A stretch of DNA of 64,000 bases from Sphingomonadales bacterium (GTDB taxonomy: Bacteria; Pseudomonadota; Alphaproteobacteria; Sphingomonadales; Sphingomonadaceae). A model generated the notes under the pieces. The model saw only the letters and a program-made list of their open reading frames with translations. It searched no databases and was not told where the DNA came from. Each line of letters opens with the position of its first letter. The first letter of the stretch is position 1. The translations under genes and the position numbers were made by a program. Of the stretch, positions 46,850 to 55,242 are shown in pieces. Where the stretch lies: positions 41,553 through 105,552 of the forward strand of contig JBBRVR010000001.1 in the NCBI GenBank assembly GCA_038246695.1. The letters are read 5' to 3'.

Positions 46850-47976
46850 AGGCCCACCCCGACTTCGAATTTGCGTTCGATCCGGCCATCGTTGTGGATC
46901 GTGAAAAGATCCTTGTTCACCGATGCATGAACCTGCGCCCAGAACGCTTCCGTATCGATGCCGATATAGTCGCAGAATTGCGCGATATATTCATCCGAGC
47001 AGCTGTCGTCGTAGGTGCTGACCAGCGCGATGCCGTCTTCGCGCGTCATATTGCCGTGGCGAATTTCCTCGTTGCAGTAATCGGTCACCCGGCCAAAGCC
47101 GAACTTGTAGTATTTGATCATCTGGTTGAGCGTGACCCAGTCTTCATCCAGCGAGGTCACTCCGCGCAGATCGCCCGTGTTCTCGACCGGATCATCGCGC
47201 ACTTTCAGGCCGTTGGCGGATGAATACATGCCGTTGTTGGTCAGCGACCAATCGCCGAGAAACCAGCCGAGATAAACGATCTGCAACTGGTGCCGGTCAA
47301 ATTCATCGAGCGTTGGATATTGGTACGGGATCAGCTGTTTGAGATCGACGCCGGTTTCCAGCATCCAGTCCAGCGCCGCGCCCGACAGCGTGTTCATGTT
47401 GCGCAGGTTGTTGCCGTCATAGCCGGTCTTGCCCAGCGTTTTCAGATCGCCCAGCTGGAGGCCGGGGTTCTCCCCCCACAGGATCAGAGGAATGTCATAC
47501 CGGATCGCCAATTGCGGGACAGAGGCGAACAGCGCCAGCTCGGTCGATTTCGCCCAGTTGGTAAACTGGTCGAATGCCGCGCGCATCAGTCCCTGCCACA
47601 CACCGGGCGCGGGCGCGGACATTACCACATCGAAACCGTGTTCGATCAGGGTGGAGATATTGTCGGCCCCGCGCTGCGTGATCTGTTCAGGCGGATAGGA
47701 AAGCGTGACCAGCAGCGGGCGCAGGCCCAGCTTGTCACGCACCCACAGCGCCTGCCGGGTCGAATCCTTGCCGCCCGAAACCCCGATGATGCAGTCCCAG
47801 TGGCGGCCGGGGCGGCGCGGATACCGGCTCAGCAGGTCTTCGAGAATCTCGTAGCGTTCCTGCCAGTCAACATCACGCAGCCGGTCCCAGTAATCGCAGG
47901 CCGGGCAGATGCCCGCGGATGTGAAAACGGTGTTCGGGCGCGTATCGGGTTGAAGGCAATTGCTGCAATATTTCAT
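46846..47976 (-). CDS. N-acetyl sugar amidotransferase (WbpG/PseA family, PP-loop), paralogue 1
   Basis: The N-terminal sequence is MKYCSNCLQPDTRPNTVFTSAGICPACDYW (Cys4) and the PP-loop is IIGVSGGKDS. It is clearly divergent from the 44227..45474 copy. Confidence 0.85.
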   Translation of the reverse strand: MKYCSNCLQPDTRPNTVFTSAGICPACDYWDRLRDVDWQERYEILEDLLSRYPRRPGRHWDCIIGVSGGKDSTRQALWVRDKLGLRPLLVTLSYPPEQITQRGADNISTLIEHGFDVVMSAPAPGVWQGLMRAAFDQFTNWAKSTELALFASVPQLAIRYDIPLILWGENPGLQLGDLKTLGKTGYDGNNLRNMNTLSGAALDWMLETGVDLKQLIPYQYPTLDEFDRHQLQIVYLGWFLGDWSLTNNGMYSSANGLKVRDDPVENTGDLRGVTSLDEDWVTLNQMIKYYKFGFGRVTDYCNEEIRHGNMTREDGIALVSTYDDSCSDEYIAQFCDYIGIDTEAFWAQVHASVNKDLFTIHNDGRIERKFEVGVGL

Positions 47977-48047
47977 TGGTGCTGCCAGTCTTCACCCTGT
48001 GCGATTTGCTATTTATGGCGGCGATTGCGCCAACGGACGCGCATCTG

Positions 48048-49019
48048 TCACCTTGCGTCCAAAACCGCAAGCATAGCACGCACGCTTTCGGTCTGAATTC
48101 GCCGTCCATTCCGATTGAGGTGTTCTGAGCCATCGAAAAACATCTCGTCTGGCAAACAGAACCGATCGATTGCGGGATCGGGCACATCTCCTGTGGTCAG
48201 CGCCGATAATTGCGCGACAAATGCATCCACCGCCGGGTTGCGGCACGCAGGCCCCGGCATTGCCGCCGGGATGTACGCCACCTCAAAACCCCGCGCGATC
48301 AGGGTATTCCGGATGTAACTGGTAAAGCGATCAAGATTTTCTGGCGGAATTTCGGGCAAGGTATAACCGCTAAGATTAGGGGCAGTCCGATCAATGTCGA
48401 GGTGCGATGTCAGATCGCCCACCGCGTTGAAGCCAGATCGGCGATAGACTGGATCATCCTCTCGCGCGCCGGTGTAGTGATATGTCACCTCTTCCCAAGT
48501 GCGTCCCAGGATGTTGGGCGCGCAGCGCGGCTCGCGCGCCAGCAGGCTCACGTCCTTGAGCAGATAGATGACATCGCACCACGTCACCGAATACCGCGCA
48601 TCATCTGCCAGCAGCGCCAGTTCCGGCACCAGCACGATCAGATCGTTCTCAGGATCGAGGTGCGGCAGATACAGGTCGATCAGGTTGCGGATGCCGATGC
48701 TCGCCTGAATGCCGCCATTGTACACCGGGCGATCGAGCGACCGGCCGAGGTCCTGTGCCGAGATCGAGAACGCCGCGCCCGATCCGCCCAGCAATATGAT
48801 CCGGCCCTTTTGCCCCTTGGACCGCGCGAGCATATCGACGTGATCCTCAATTGCGGCGAGATACCGCTCGCTGCTGACTGGAGTGAGCGGCACGACCAGC
48901 CATGCCCCTATGCCCAGCGATACGATGCCGAGGACGCACGCCAGCAAGGCTGCCAGCCACGCCTGCGGCCTGCTTGCGTCAGAGAGGCGCGTCTCAGAAC
49001 TGGAAGTAGATGAAGGCAT
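48048..49019 (-). CDS. Membrane-anchored hypothetical protein, probable periplasmic partner of the MBOAT (DltD/AlgJ-like role)
   Basis: 323 aa with an N-terminal TM (AWLAALLACVLGIVSLGIGAWLVV). It has IILLGGSGAAFS near the N-terminus and FFDGSEHLN near the C-terminus. Its start overlaps the MBOAT 3' end by 26 nt. Confidence 0.45.
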   Translation of the reverse strand: MPSSTSSSETRLSDASRPQAWLAALLACVLGIVSLGIGAWLVVPLTPVSSERYLAAIEDHVDMLARSKGQKGRIILLGGSGAAFSISAQDLGRSLDRPVYNGGIQASIGIRNLIDLYLPHLDPENDLIVLVPELALLADDARYSVTWCDVIYLLKDVSLLAREPRCAPNILGRTWEEVTYHYTGAREDDPVYRRSGFNAVGDLTSHLDIDRTAPNLSGYTLPEIPPENLDRFTSYIRNTLIARGFEVAYIPAAMPGPACRNPAVDAFVAQLSALTTGDVPDPAIDRFCLPDEMFFDGSEHLNRNGRRIQTESVRAMLAVLDAR

Positions 49020-50430
49020 TTGCCTCCTGCCGGGTGGTTGCGTTGATCAGGACCAATATCAGCGCAAATGCGAAAAGCATCATTTCCGTAAGATCTCTCG
49101 TCCTGACGCCCAGCCAATCGAGCCGCAAGCCCCGATCGAGCCGCGTGCGCTCATACCACAAAGCGTCCACCGCAAACGAGAGCGCAACGAACACAAGGCC
49201 GGAACGCTGGCTTTGCGGGATACCGAATTCGGTGACCATGCGCACGGCGTAATGCGCGGCGGTGGCAATATCGGGGCTGCGGAACAGGATCATCGAAAGC
49301 GTGAAGAAGCCGAATGTGTAAGCCCACCCCATCAGGCCGATCCAGCCCGCTTGTCCAAGCGTCAACGAAGAACGCCATCCCCGCTCGATCATCAGCAACA
49401 CGCCGTGCATCGCCCCCCACGCGAGGAACGTCCAGTTTGCCCCGTGCCACAGGCCGCTGACGAGAAACGTGGCCATATAGGCAAAGCCGATGCGCCATTG
49501 GCCGGGACTGCCCGCCCGCAGCGGGAAATACACATAGTCGCGAAAGAACTGCGACAGCGAGATATGCCACCTGCGCCACAGAGTGCGCATCGAGCAGGCA
49601 AGGAACGGTGTCGAAAAGTTGGTCGACAGCCGGAATCCCATGATCGAAGCCAGCCCGATCGCGATCGAGGAATAGCCGGCAAAATCGGCGTAGAGCTGGA
49701 TCGAGAAATACACCGCTCCCAGCATCAGCGCGCCCCCGTCCAGCGCGGCGTAACCGGAGAACACGGCATCGACATAAGGGGCCAGATTGTCGGCGATGAC
49801 AACTTTCAGGAACAGTCCGGCAATGATCAGGCGCACTCCCTCATAGGCGGGCTCCCAGGCTGGCCGTGCGACTTGCGCAAATTGCGGGATCAGCGCCTTT
49901 GCCCGCTCGATCGGGCCGGCGACCAGTTGCGGGAAGAACGCGACATAGGTGGCGTATCGCAGCAGGTTCGGCTCTGCCCGGATGCGCCCGTGATACACAT
50001 CGATCGAATAGCTGAGCGTTTGCAGTGTGTAGAACGAAATCCCGACCGGCAGGATGATGTCGAGCGTATCCCAGTTTGCCTGCAACCCGCCGGCGCTCAA
50101 CCCGGATTTCAGTTCTCCTGTGAACCACCCAAAATACTTGAAGAACCCGAGCAGCGAAAGGTTGGCCGCGACCGACAGATGCAGCCAGCGGCGGCGCGCG
50201 GCAGTCCCTTTTTCGTGCCTCTCCATTTTTAGCCCGGCGACGTAATCGATCAGTGTGCTGACCGCGATGAGCCCGAGAAAACGCCAGTCCCACCAGCCAT
50301 AAAAGACATAGCTCGCGCCCAGCAGGATCGCGTTCTGCACCGTAACCGAACGCAAGGACGCCCGGTTCGCGGCCAGCAGCGCCACGACCAGCGGGAAGAA
50401 CAGCCAGAATGTTCCGTCGGAAAAAAGCAT
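48994..50430 (-). CDS. MBOAT family O-acyltransferase (AlgI/DltB/PatA type)
   Basis: ORF 48994..50517; ATG 50430 (MLFSDGTFWLFFPLVV). Supporting sequences are FWRRWHISLSQFFRDYVYFPL and the conserved His in FLVSGLWHGANW. Confidence 0.85.
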   Translation of the reverse strand: MLFSDGTFWLFFPLVVALLAANRASLRSVTVQNAILLGASYVFYGWWDWRFLGLIAVSTLIDYVAGLKMERHEKGTAARRRWLHLSVAANLSLLGFFKYFGWFTGELKSGLSAGGLQANWDTLDIILPVGISFYTLQTLSYSIDVYHGRIRAEPNLLRYATYVAFFPQLVAGPIERAKALIPQFAQVARPAWEPAYEGVRLIIAGLFLKVVIADNLAPYVDAVFSGYAALDGGALMLGAVYFSIQLYADFAGYSSIAIGLASIMGFRLSTNFSTPFLACSMRTLWRRWHISLSQFFRDYVYFPLRAGSPGQWRIGFAYMATFLVSGLWHGANWTFLAWGAMHGVLLMIERGWRSSLTLGQAGWIGLMGWAYTFGFFTLSMILFRSPDIATAAHYAVRMVTEFGIPQSQRSGLVFVALSFAVDALWYERTRLDRGLRLDWLGVRTRDLTEMMLFAFALILVLINATTRQEANAFIYFQF

Positions 50431-50494
50431 TGTTAGTGTGCGGTCAGCCCCCAGACCCCGTTGCGCGCGCCTTGGCTGAGAAACTGCGGTTTGG

Positions 50495-51400
50495 CTATAG
50501 TTTGCAAAGCCGAGCAATCCCGGAATGGGGCAGCGCGCAGGGTGGGGCGTGCGGGGGCAAGGCGCAGATGACCACCCGCCCGGCTTCGAGCGCGATCACC
50601 AGCCCTGCGGAATTCAGCCCCGCCACCCAGCGCGCGCCGATCAGCGCAGCGCCCATATCCGGCGCGGTGTCGAGCGTGGCTGCGGGATGGCTGCGCAACC
50701 ATTCGTCATACTTGCCCGGTGGATCGGAGGGATGCGGGCGAATGCGAACGGGGGTGCCGGGCGCAATTCCGGCAAGACTGCCGCGCTCCATCAGGTAATC
50801 GAGCGCCTGAAATTCACCCGCCCGGCCAGCGCCCCAGTCACTGCGCGCGGGTTCGAGCAGGAACAGCACGTCGCCATCCACTGGCACCGGCCCTGCCGCG
50901 CGCGCCTGCTGCGCGAGATAGAGATTGGAGTGCTGGATCACCGGCGTATCGGGAAAGGTGGCGCTCGCTATGCGCGCAGCGTCCGCATCGCCGACCCAGA
51001 TCGCATCGGGCAATTGCACCGTTCCTGCCCGCTCGAACCGCATGGCGTAATTGACCCAATGGTCTACCACCGCGACCGAGTGCAGCCCCGCGCGCGCCGC
51101 CGCCTGCCGTGCGCAATGTTCCAGATCGCTGGCCCAGCCGGTGCCCGACAGCAGGCAGGCCATGCCGTCTAGCGCTTGCGGGTCGGAAGTGACCGGCATG
51201 GTTTCGCCAAATCGCTCGCGCCAGATCGCCAGCGCAGGGCCAGCGGCGATTACGCGGTCGGGCGGGGTATCGGCGGCTTGGGCCCATGCAGCGATCATGT
51301 TCGCCGCGCCCGCATCATGCACAGCCACCGCCAACGGGCGAGGCAGAGCGTCGATGGGGGAGGCTTCAATCTGCCCCATTTGCGCCTGAGAAGCGGGCAT
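50495..51400 (-). CDS. Hypothetical protein (two Rossmann-like halves; no family recognised)
   Basis: About 300 aa. Sequence stretches include LAVAVHDAGAANMIAAW...LLSGTGWASDLE...VLFLLEPAR...RIRPHPSDPPGKY...GLNSAGLVIALEAG. The start is ambiguous (51400 or 51379). Confidence 0.4.
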   Translation of the reverse strand: MPASQAQMGQIEASPIDALPRPLAVAVHDAGAANMIAAWAQAADTPPDRVIAAGPALAIWRERFGETMPVTSDPQALDGMACLLSGTGWASDLEHCARQAAARAGLHSVAVVDHWVNYAMRFERAGTVQLPDAIWVGDADAARIASATFPDTPVIQHSNLYLAQQARAAGPVPVDGDVLFLLEPARSDWGAGRAGEFQALDYLMERGSLAGIAPGTPVRIRPHPSDPPGKYDEWLRSHPAATLDTAPDMGAALIGARWVAGLNSAGLVIALEAGRVVICALPPHAPPCALPHSGIARLCKL

Positions 51401-51923
51401 AATGCACAATATCGGCTGGTTCGCCGTCGAGCAATTCCTGCCCAGCGCGCATTCCGTCGGGCACCATGCCCGATCGCTGCATCAGCGTGATCATCGCGCC
51501 ATTGGCGGCGAGGCAACCGGCAGTCAGTTTGCGCACATCCGTCTGGTCAAGCAGCCAGCCGGTGAAGAGGTTCCACGCCTCTTGCCCGTAACCGCCGCCC
51601 CAATAATCGCGTGCGCCGATCATGATGCCGACATCGCAGGTGCCATGATCAAGGTTGCGATAGGCGGTCATGGTGCCGATGGCAGCGTCACTGCTTGCAT
51701 CGCGCACGCTGATGAAAAGGTTGGCGGTTGCTGCGAAACTATCGAGATAGGCGCGGCAACTGGCGTGAGTATGCGTGCGGAACCGCTGGTTGGAAAACCG
51801 CGTGACCTGCGCATCACCCAGCCACCCGATATGAGCATCGGTAATATCCTCCGGCGTAAATGCGCGCAGCCGCACTTTCTCACCCGAAAGCGGCGTGAAC
51901 ACTCGATCAGCCCTCCAGCGCAT
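51366..51923 (-). CDS. GNAT family N-acetyltransferase (RimJ/RimL-like)
   Basis: ORF 51366..52112. The conserved part starts at GEKVRLRAFTPEDITDAHIGWL, and the acetyl-CoA loop is DYWGGGYGQEA. The start is 51923 (ATG) or 51902 (GTG). Confidence 0.7.
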   Translation of the reverse strand: MRWRADRVFTPLSGEKVRLRAFTPEDITDAHIGWLGDAQVTRFSNQRFRTHTHASCRAYLDSFAATANLFISVRDASSDAAIGTMTAYRNLDHGTCDVGIMIGARDYWGGGYGQEAWNLFTGWLLDQTDVRKLTAGCLAANGAMITLMQRSGMVPDGMRAGQELLDGEPADIVHYARFSGANGAD

Positions 51924-53184
51924 CGAGATTGGCCCACACCTTGCGGAAAGCGGCGATGATGTCGGCCACATCTTCGCTAGGCAATTGGTTGACGCACACG
52001 GCAAGGCCGAGAAAGCTGGTGTCCTGCAACTCCTCCGCCACCGGGCAGGTGCCCGCGCCATAGGCAAAGGTGCGATCAGGACGCAGGCTCCACGGGAAGT
52101 TGCCGGTGCCATAGGCGCATTGCTCGGTAAAGATCGGCAGGCGGTGGAGATTCTGATAGCCCGGAGAGACGCCCGGCACGCCCTCTGCCCGCAGCGCTTC
52201 GGTGATTTTCGAGCGCGATACGCCCAGCATCGCGGTATCGAGCGTCATGCCGTAGACGTAATAGACATGCGTTGCCCCGGCCGCCACATAGGGCAGCGTC
52301 AGCCCGTCCAGCCCCGCCAGCCCCGCGTTCAGCTCCGCCGCGACGCGCTGACGGTCGGCGACGCGGCTTTCCAGCTTGTCCAGCTGGACGCTGGCAATCG
52401 CCGCCTCGATCTCGCCCATGCGGAAATTGTATCCGATCATGTTGGCAAGCTGGCTACGATCAGTCGGCTTGATCACGCTTTCGGCGTGGTTGCGGATCAG
52501 CGCCAGCCGCTCTGCCAACGCATCGTCATTGGTGACCAGGATGCCGCCTTCGCCGCAGTGGATGTGCTTGTGATAATTGAGGCTGAACCCGCCGATATCG
52601 TAGCCAGTGCCGGTGTGGGTGCCCCCGTCCATCGCGCCCGGCGCCTGCGCGGTATCGCCCAGCAATTTCAGCCCATGCCGATCCGCGACGGCTCGCAGCC
52701 CCGCCACATCGGCAGTCTGGCCAAAGATATCGACCGCCATGATCGCCTTGGTGCGCGGGGTCACCAGCGCTTCGACGCTGGCGGGGTCGAGGTTGAAGGT
52801 GGCCGGATCGATATCGGCAAAGACGGGTATCGCGTTCCAGTGCAGGATCGCCATTGCGGTCGCGCTCATCGTCCAGGGCGTGGTGATGATCTCGTCCCCC
52901 GGCTCAACGCCGATCGCTCCGACTTCGGCAATCAGCCCGCTGGTCCAGCTGTTGACGCCGAGCGCGTATTTGACCCCGAAATATTCCGCCGCCCTGGCCT
53001 CGAAGCTGCGCACTTCGGTGCCGCCCATGAACATCTCACCCGGCGCACCGATATAGGCGGACAGCACGCCCGAACGCACCACCCGCGCGGCGGCAGCTTC
53101 CTCATCCGCGCCCATCGACTGGAACGGTTCGAGAGTGCGGGAGATAACGGGTGTGCCGCCGTGAAGGGCGAGGGTGTCGGTCAT
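51907..53184 (-). CDS. DegT/DnrJ/EryC1/StrS family PLP-dependent sugar aminotransferase
   Basis: 425 aa. Sequence stretches include VNSWTSGL...ITTPWTMSATA...DTAQAPG...GGFSLNYHKHIHCGEGGILVT. Confidence 0.85.
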   Translation of the reverse strand: MTDTLALHGGTPVISRTLEPFQSMGADEEAAAARVVRSGVLSAYIGAPGEMFMGGTEVRSFEARAAEYFGVKYALGVNSWTSGLIAEVGAIGVEPGDEIITTPWTMSATAMAILHWNAIPVFADIDPATFNLDPASVEALVTPRTKAIMAVDIFGQTADVAGLRAVADRHGLKLLGDTAQAPGAMDGGTHTGTGYDIGGFSLNYHKHIHCGEGGILVTNDDALAERLALIRNHAESVIKPTDRSQLANMIGYNFRMGEIEAAIASVQLDKLESRVADRQRVAAELNAGLAGLDGLTLPYVAAGATHVYYVYGMTLDTAMLGVSRSKITEALRAEGVPGVSPGYQNLHRLPIFTEQCAYGTGNFPWSLRPDRTFAYGAGTCPVAEELQDTSFLGLAVCVNQLPSEDVADIIAAFRKVWANLDALEG

Positions 53185-54179
53185 TCGGAAATGTCTTTCT
53201 TCAGGGATTCGAGCGCGCGAACGCGGATTTCTTCGCAGATCGCATGGGCGTGCAGGGCGGTCTCGCCAGTGCTGGCCAGTGCAGCGCCATCCGCCAGATT
53301 ATCAGCAATATTGGCATAGGCGCGCATCATCGCTTCGGGATAGCGGCCCGGCACGCTTTGCGGCAAGGCCAGCTGCTGGTAACCGGCAAAGTCCGGGTTC
53401 GATTCAACGCTGCGCGTTTCGATCCTCATCCCGCCGTCGCGCATCGCGATTTCGCCCTTTTCAAAGGCGAGGATCAATTCGAACTGCGTCAGCGCGCGCG
53501 CATCGCCCGCAACCAGATGGACCGGCGCACCATCCCGGGCGGTCAACAGGGCAGATACGGTGGGATCGTGTTGCCAGTGGTCGAGCCGTGCGGGGCCGAC
53601 GCCATGCAGTTCCACTTCTCCCACCAGCATACGAAGCAGATCGACTGCGTGCGATCCGTTGTGCACTATGCCCTTGGTGTAGGTTCCGGTCGCGCTGATC
53701 AACTCGCCCCACCAGCCCGCATCGATTTGGCTGGCAAACTCGGCAAGATCGGGTGCCCAGCGGCGCGTGTAGTTGACCGCAAGCGGCGTGCCCGATCCGG
53801 CGTACTGAGCGGTAAGGCGTTTGGCATCGGCAAGATCATCGGCCACCGGCTTTTCACAGAAGACCAGCCGGGGCCGCATCGCGTGTGCTGTGGAAAGGTT
53901 TTGCGCGTGGGTTGCAGTGGGCGAGGCCACGACAATCAGGTCGAACGCTCCCGGCTCCGCCGCCAGCGCATCGACATCCGCAGCGGCCACCGGCACTGCC
54001 CATCGCTCCGTAAAGCTCGCGCGGGCCGCATCGTTGGGATCGACGCACGCGGCCAGTTCAAACCGGTCATCGCGCGCGATTGCTCCGGCGTGGCTCAGCG
54101 GCCAGTCATCGGGCGAACGCTCCGCGTCGTATCCGCCTGCAATGGCTCCGCAGCCGATGATGAGGACGCTGTATGGCAT
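53181..54179 (-). CDS. Gfo/Idh/MocA family oxidoreductase (WbpB-like position)
   Basis: Supporting sequences are MPYSVLIIGCGAIAGGY and the EKP motif in VFCEKPVA. There is an ATGA overlap with the aminotransferase gene. Confidence 0.8.
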   Translation of the reverse strand: MPYSVLIIGCGAIAGGYDAERSPDDWPLSHAGAIARDDRFELAACVDPNDAARASFTERWAVPVAAADVDALAAEPGAFDLIVVASPTATHAQNLSTAHAMRPRLVFCEKPVADDLADAKRLTAQYAGSGTPLAVNYTRRWAPDLAEFASQIDAGWWGELISATGTYTKGIVHNGSHAVDLLRMLVGEVELHGVGPARLDHWQHDPTVSALLTARDGAPVHLVAGDARALTQFELILAFEKGEIAMRDGGMRIETRSVESNPDFAGYQQLALPQSVPGRYPEAMMRAYANIADNLADGAALASTGETALHAHAICEEIRVRALESLKKDISE

Positions 54180-54183
54180 GGCT

Positions 54184-55242
54184 TCAGGCGATCTGATCCC
54201 AGCTGACCGGCGTGCCCTTGGTCAGCGCGCGGTTCACCCGTTTGCCCAGCAGGACATCGTAATGGCGCGGCTCAAGCCCGAAACCGGGCCGTACCGAGCG
54301 CAGGTTCTCAGCCGTGAACGCCTCTCCTAGCGCCATGTCGCGCGCCACATACAAAGAGCGGCGGAACTGGCGCGATCCCTCCTCTGCCGCAGTGCCGCCA
54401 TAGGTGATCTCGCCCAGCGCCTGCCACGCGCGCTCGGTTTCCTCGCGCAGCATTGCTAATTCGGCGGGTTCAAGGCTGAACGCGCTGTCTACGCCGCCAT
54501 CGGCGCGCGCCAGCGTAAAGTGCTTTTCGATGAGGACAGCGCCCAGCGCCGTCGCGCCCACCGCAACGCCGGTGCCCATCGTGTGATCCGACAGGCCGAC
54601 CTCGCATCCGAACGTCGCGCGCATGTTGGGGATGGTGCGGATATTGGTGTTTGCAGGGGTCGCGGGATAGGTGCTGGTGCATTTGAGGATGCACAGCTGA
54701 TTGTTGCCCGCATCGCGGCATGTGCGCAGGGCCTCCCCGATTTCGACCACGCTCGCCATGCCGGTCGAAAGGATCATCGGCTTGCCCGTCTGCGCCACCC
54801 GCCGGATCAGCGGCAGGTCGATCACCTCAAAGCTCGCGATCTTGTAAGCGGGCACGTCCAGCGTTTCGAGGAAATCGACCGCGCTCGCATCGAAGGGCGA
54901 GGAAAAGCAATCGATGCCAAGCTCGCGCGCGCGCTCCATGATCGGGGCGTGCCAGTCCCACGGCGTGTGCGCCTCGTGATACAGTTCGTGCAGGCGGCGG
55001 CCGTTCCACAGGCTGTCCTCATCCTCGATGACAAAGCCCGGCCCGTCATGGTCGAGCGTGATCGTATCGGCAGTGTAGGTCTGCAGCTTGATCGCATCCG
55101 CGCCGCTGTTCGCCGCAGCGGTCACGATCTCCAGCGCGCGGTCAAGCGAGTGGTTGTGGTTCCCGCTCATCTCCGCGATCAGATACGGGCGGTGCGATGG
55201 GCCGATGGGGCGTCCATTGATGTGCATGGCGTTGGTTTGCAT
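54184..55242 (-). CDS. pseI: Pseudaminic acid synthase
   Basis: The NeuB-family sequence is YLIAEMSGNHNHSLDRALEIV...YKIASFEVIDLPLI...GLSDHTMG, with a C-terminal SAF/antifreeze-like domain. It lies in pse gene context. Confidence 0.9.
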   Translation of the reverse strand: MQTNAMHINGRPIGPSHRPYLIAEMSGNHNHSLDRALEIVTAAANSGADAIKLQTYTADTITLDHDGPGFVIEDEDSLWNGRRLHELYHEAHTPWDWHAPIMERARELGIDCFSSPFDASAVDFLETLDVPAYKIASFEVIDLPLIRRVAQTGKPMILSTGMASVVEIGEALRTCRDAGNNQLCILKCTSTYPATPANTNIRTIPNMRATFGCEVGLSDHTMGTGVAVGATALGAVLIEKHFTLARADGGVDSAFSLEPAELAMLREETERAWQALGEITYGGTAAEEGSRQFRRSLYVARDMALGEAFTAENLRSVRPGFGLEPRHYDVLLGKRVNRALTKGTPVSWDQIA

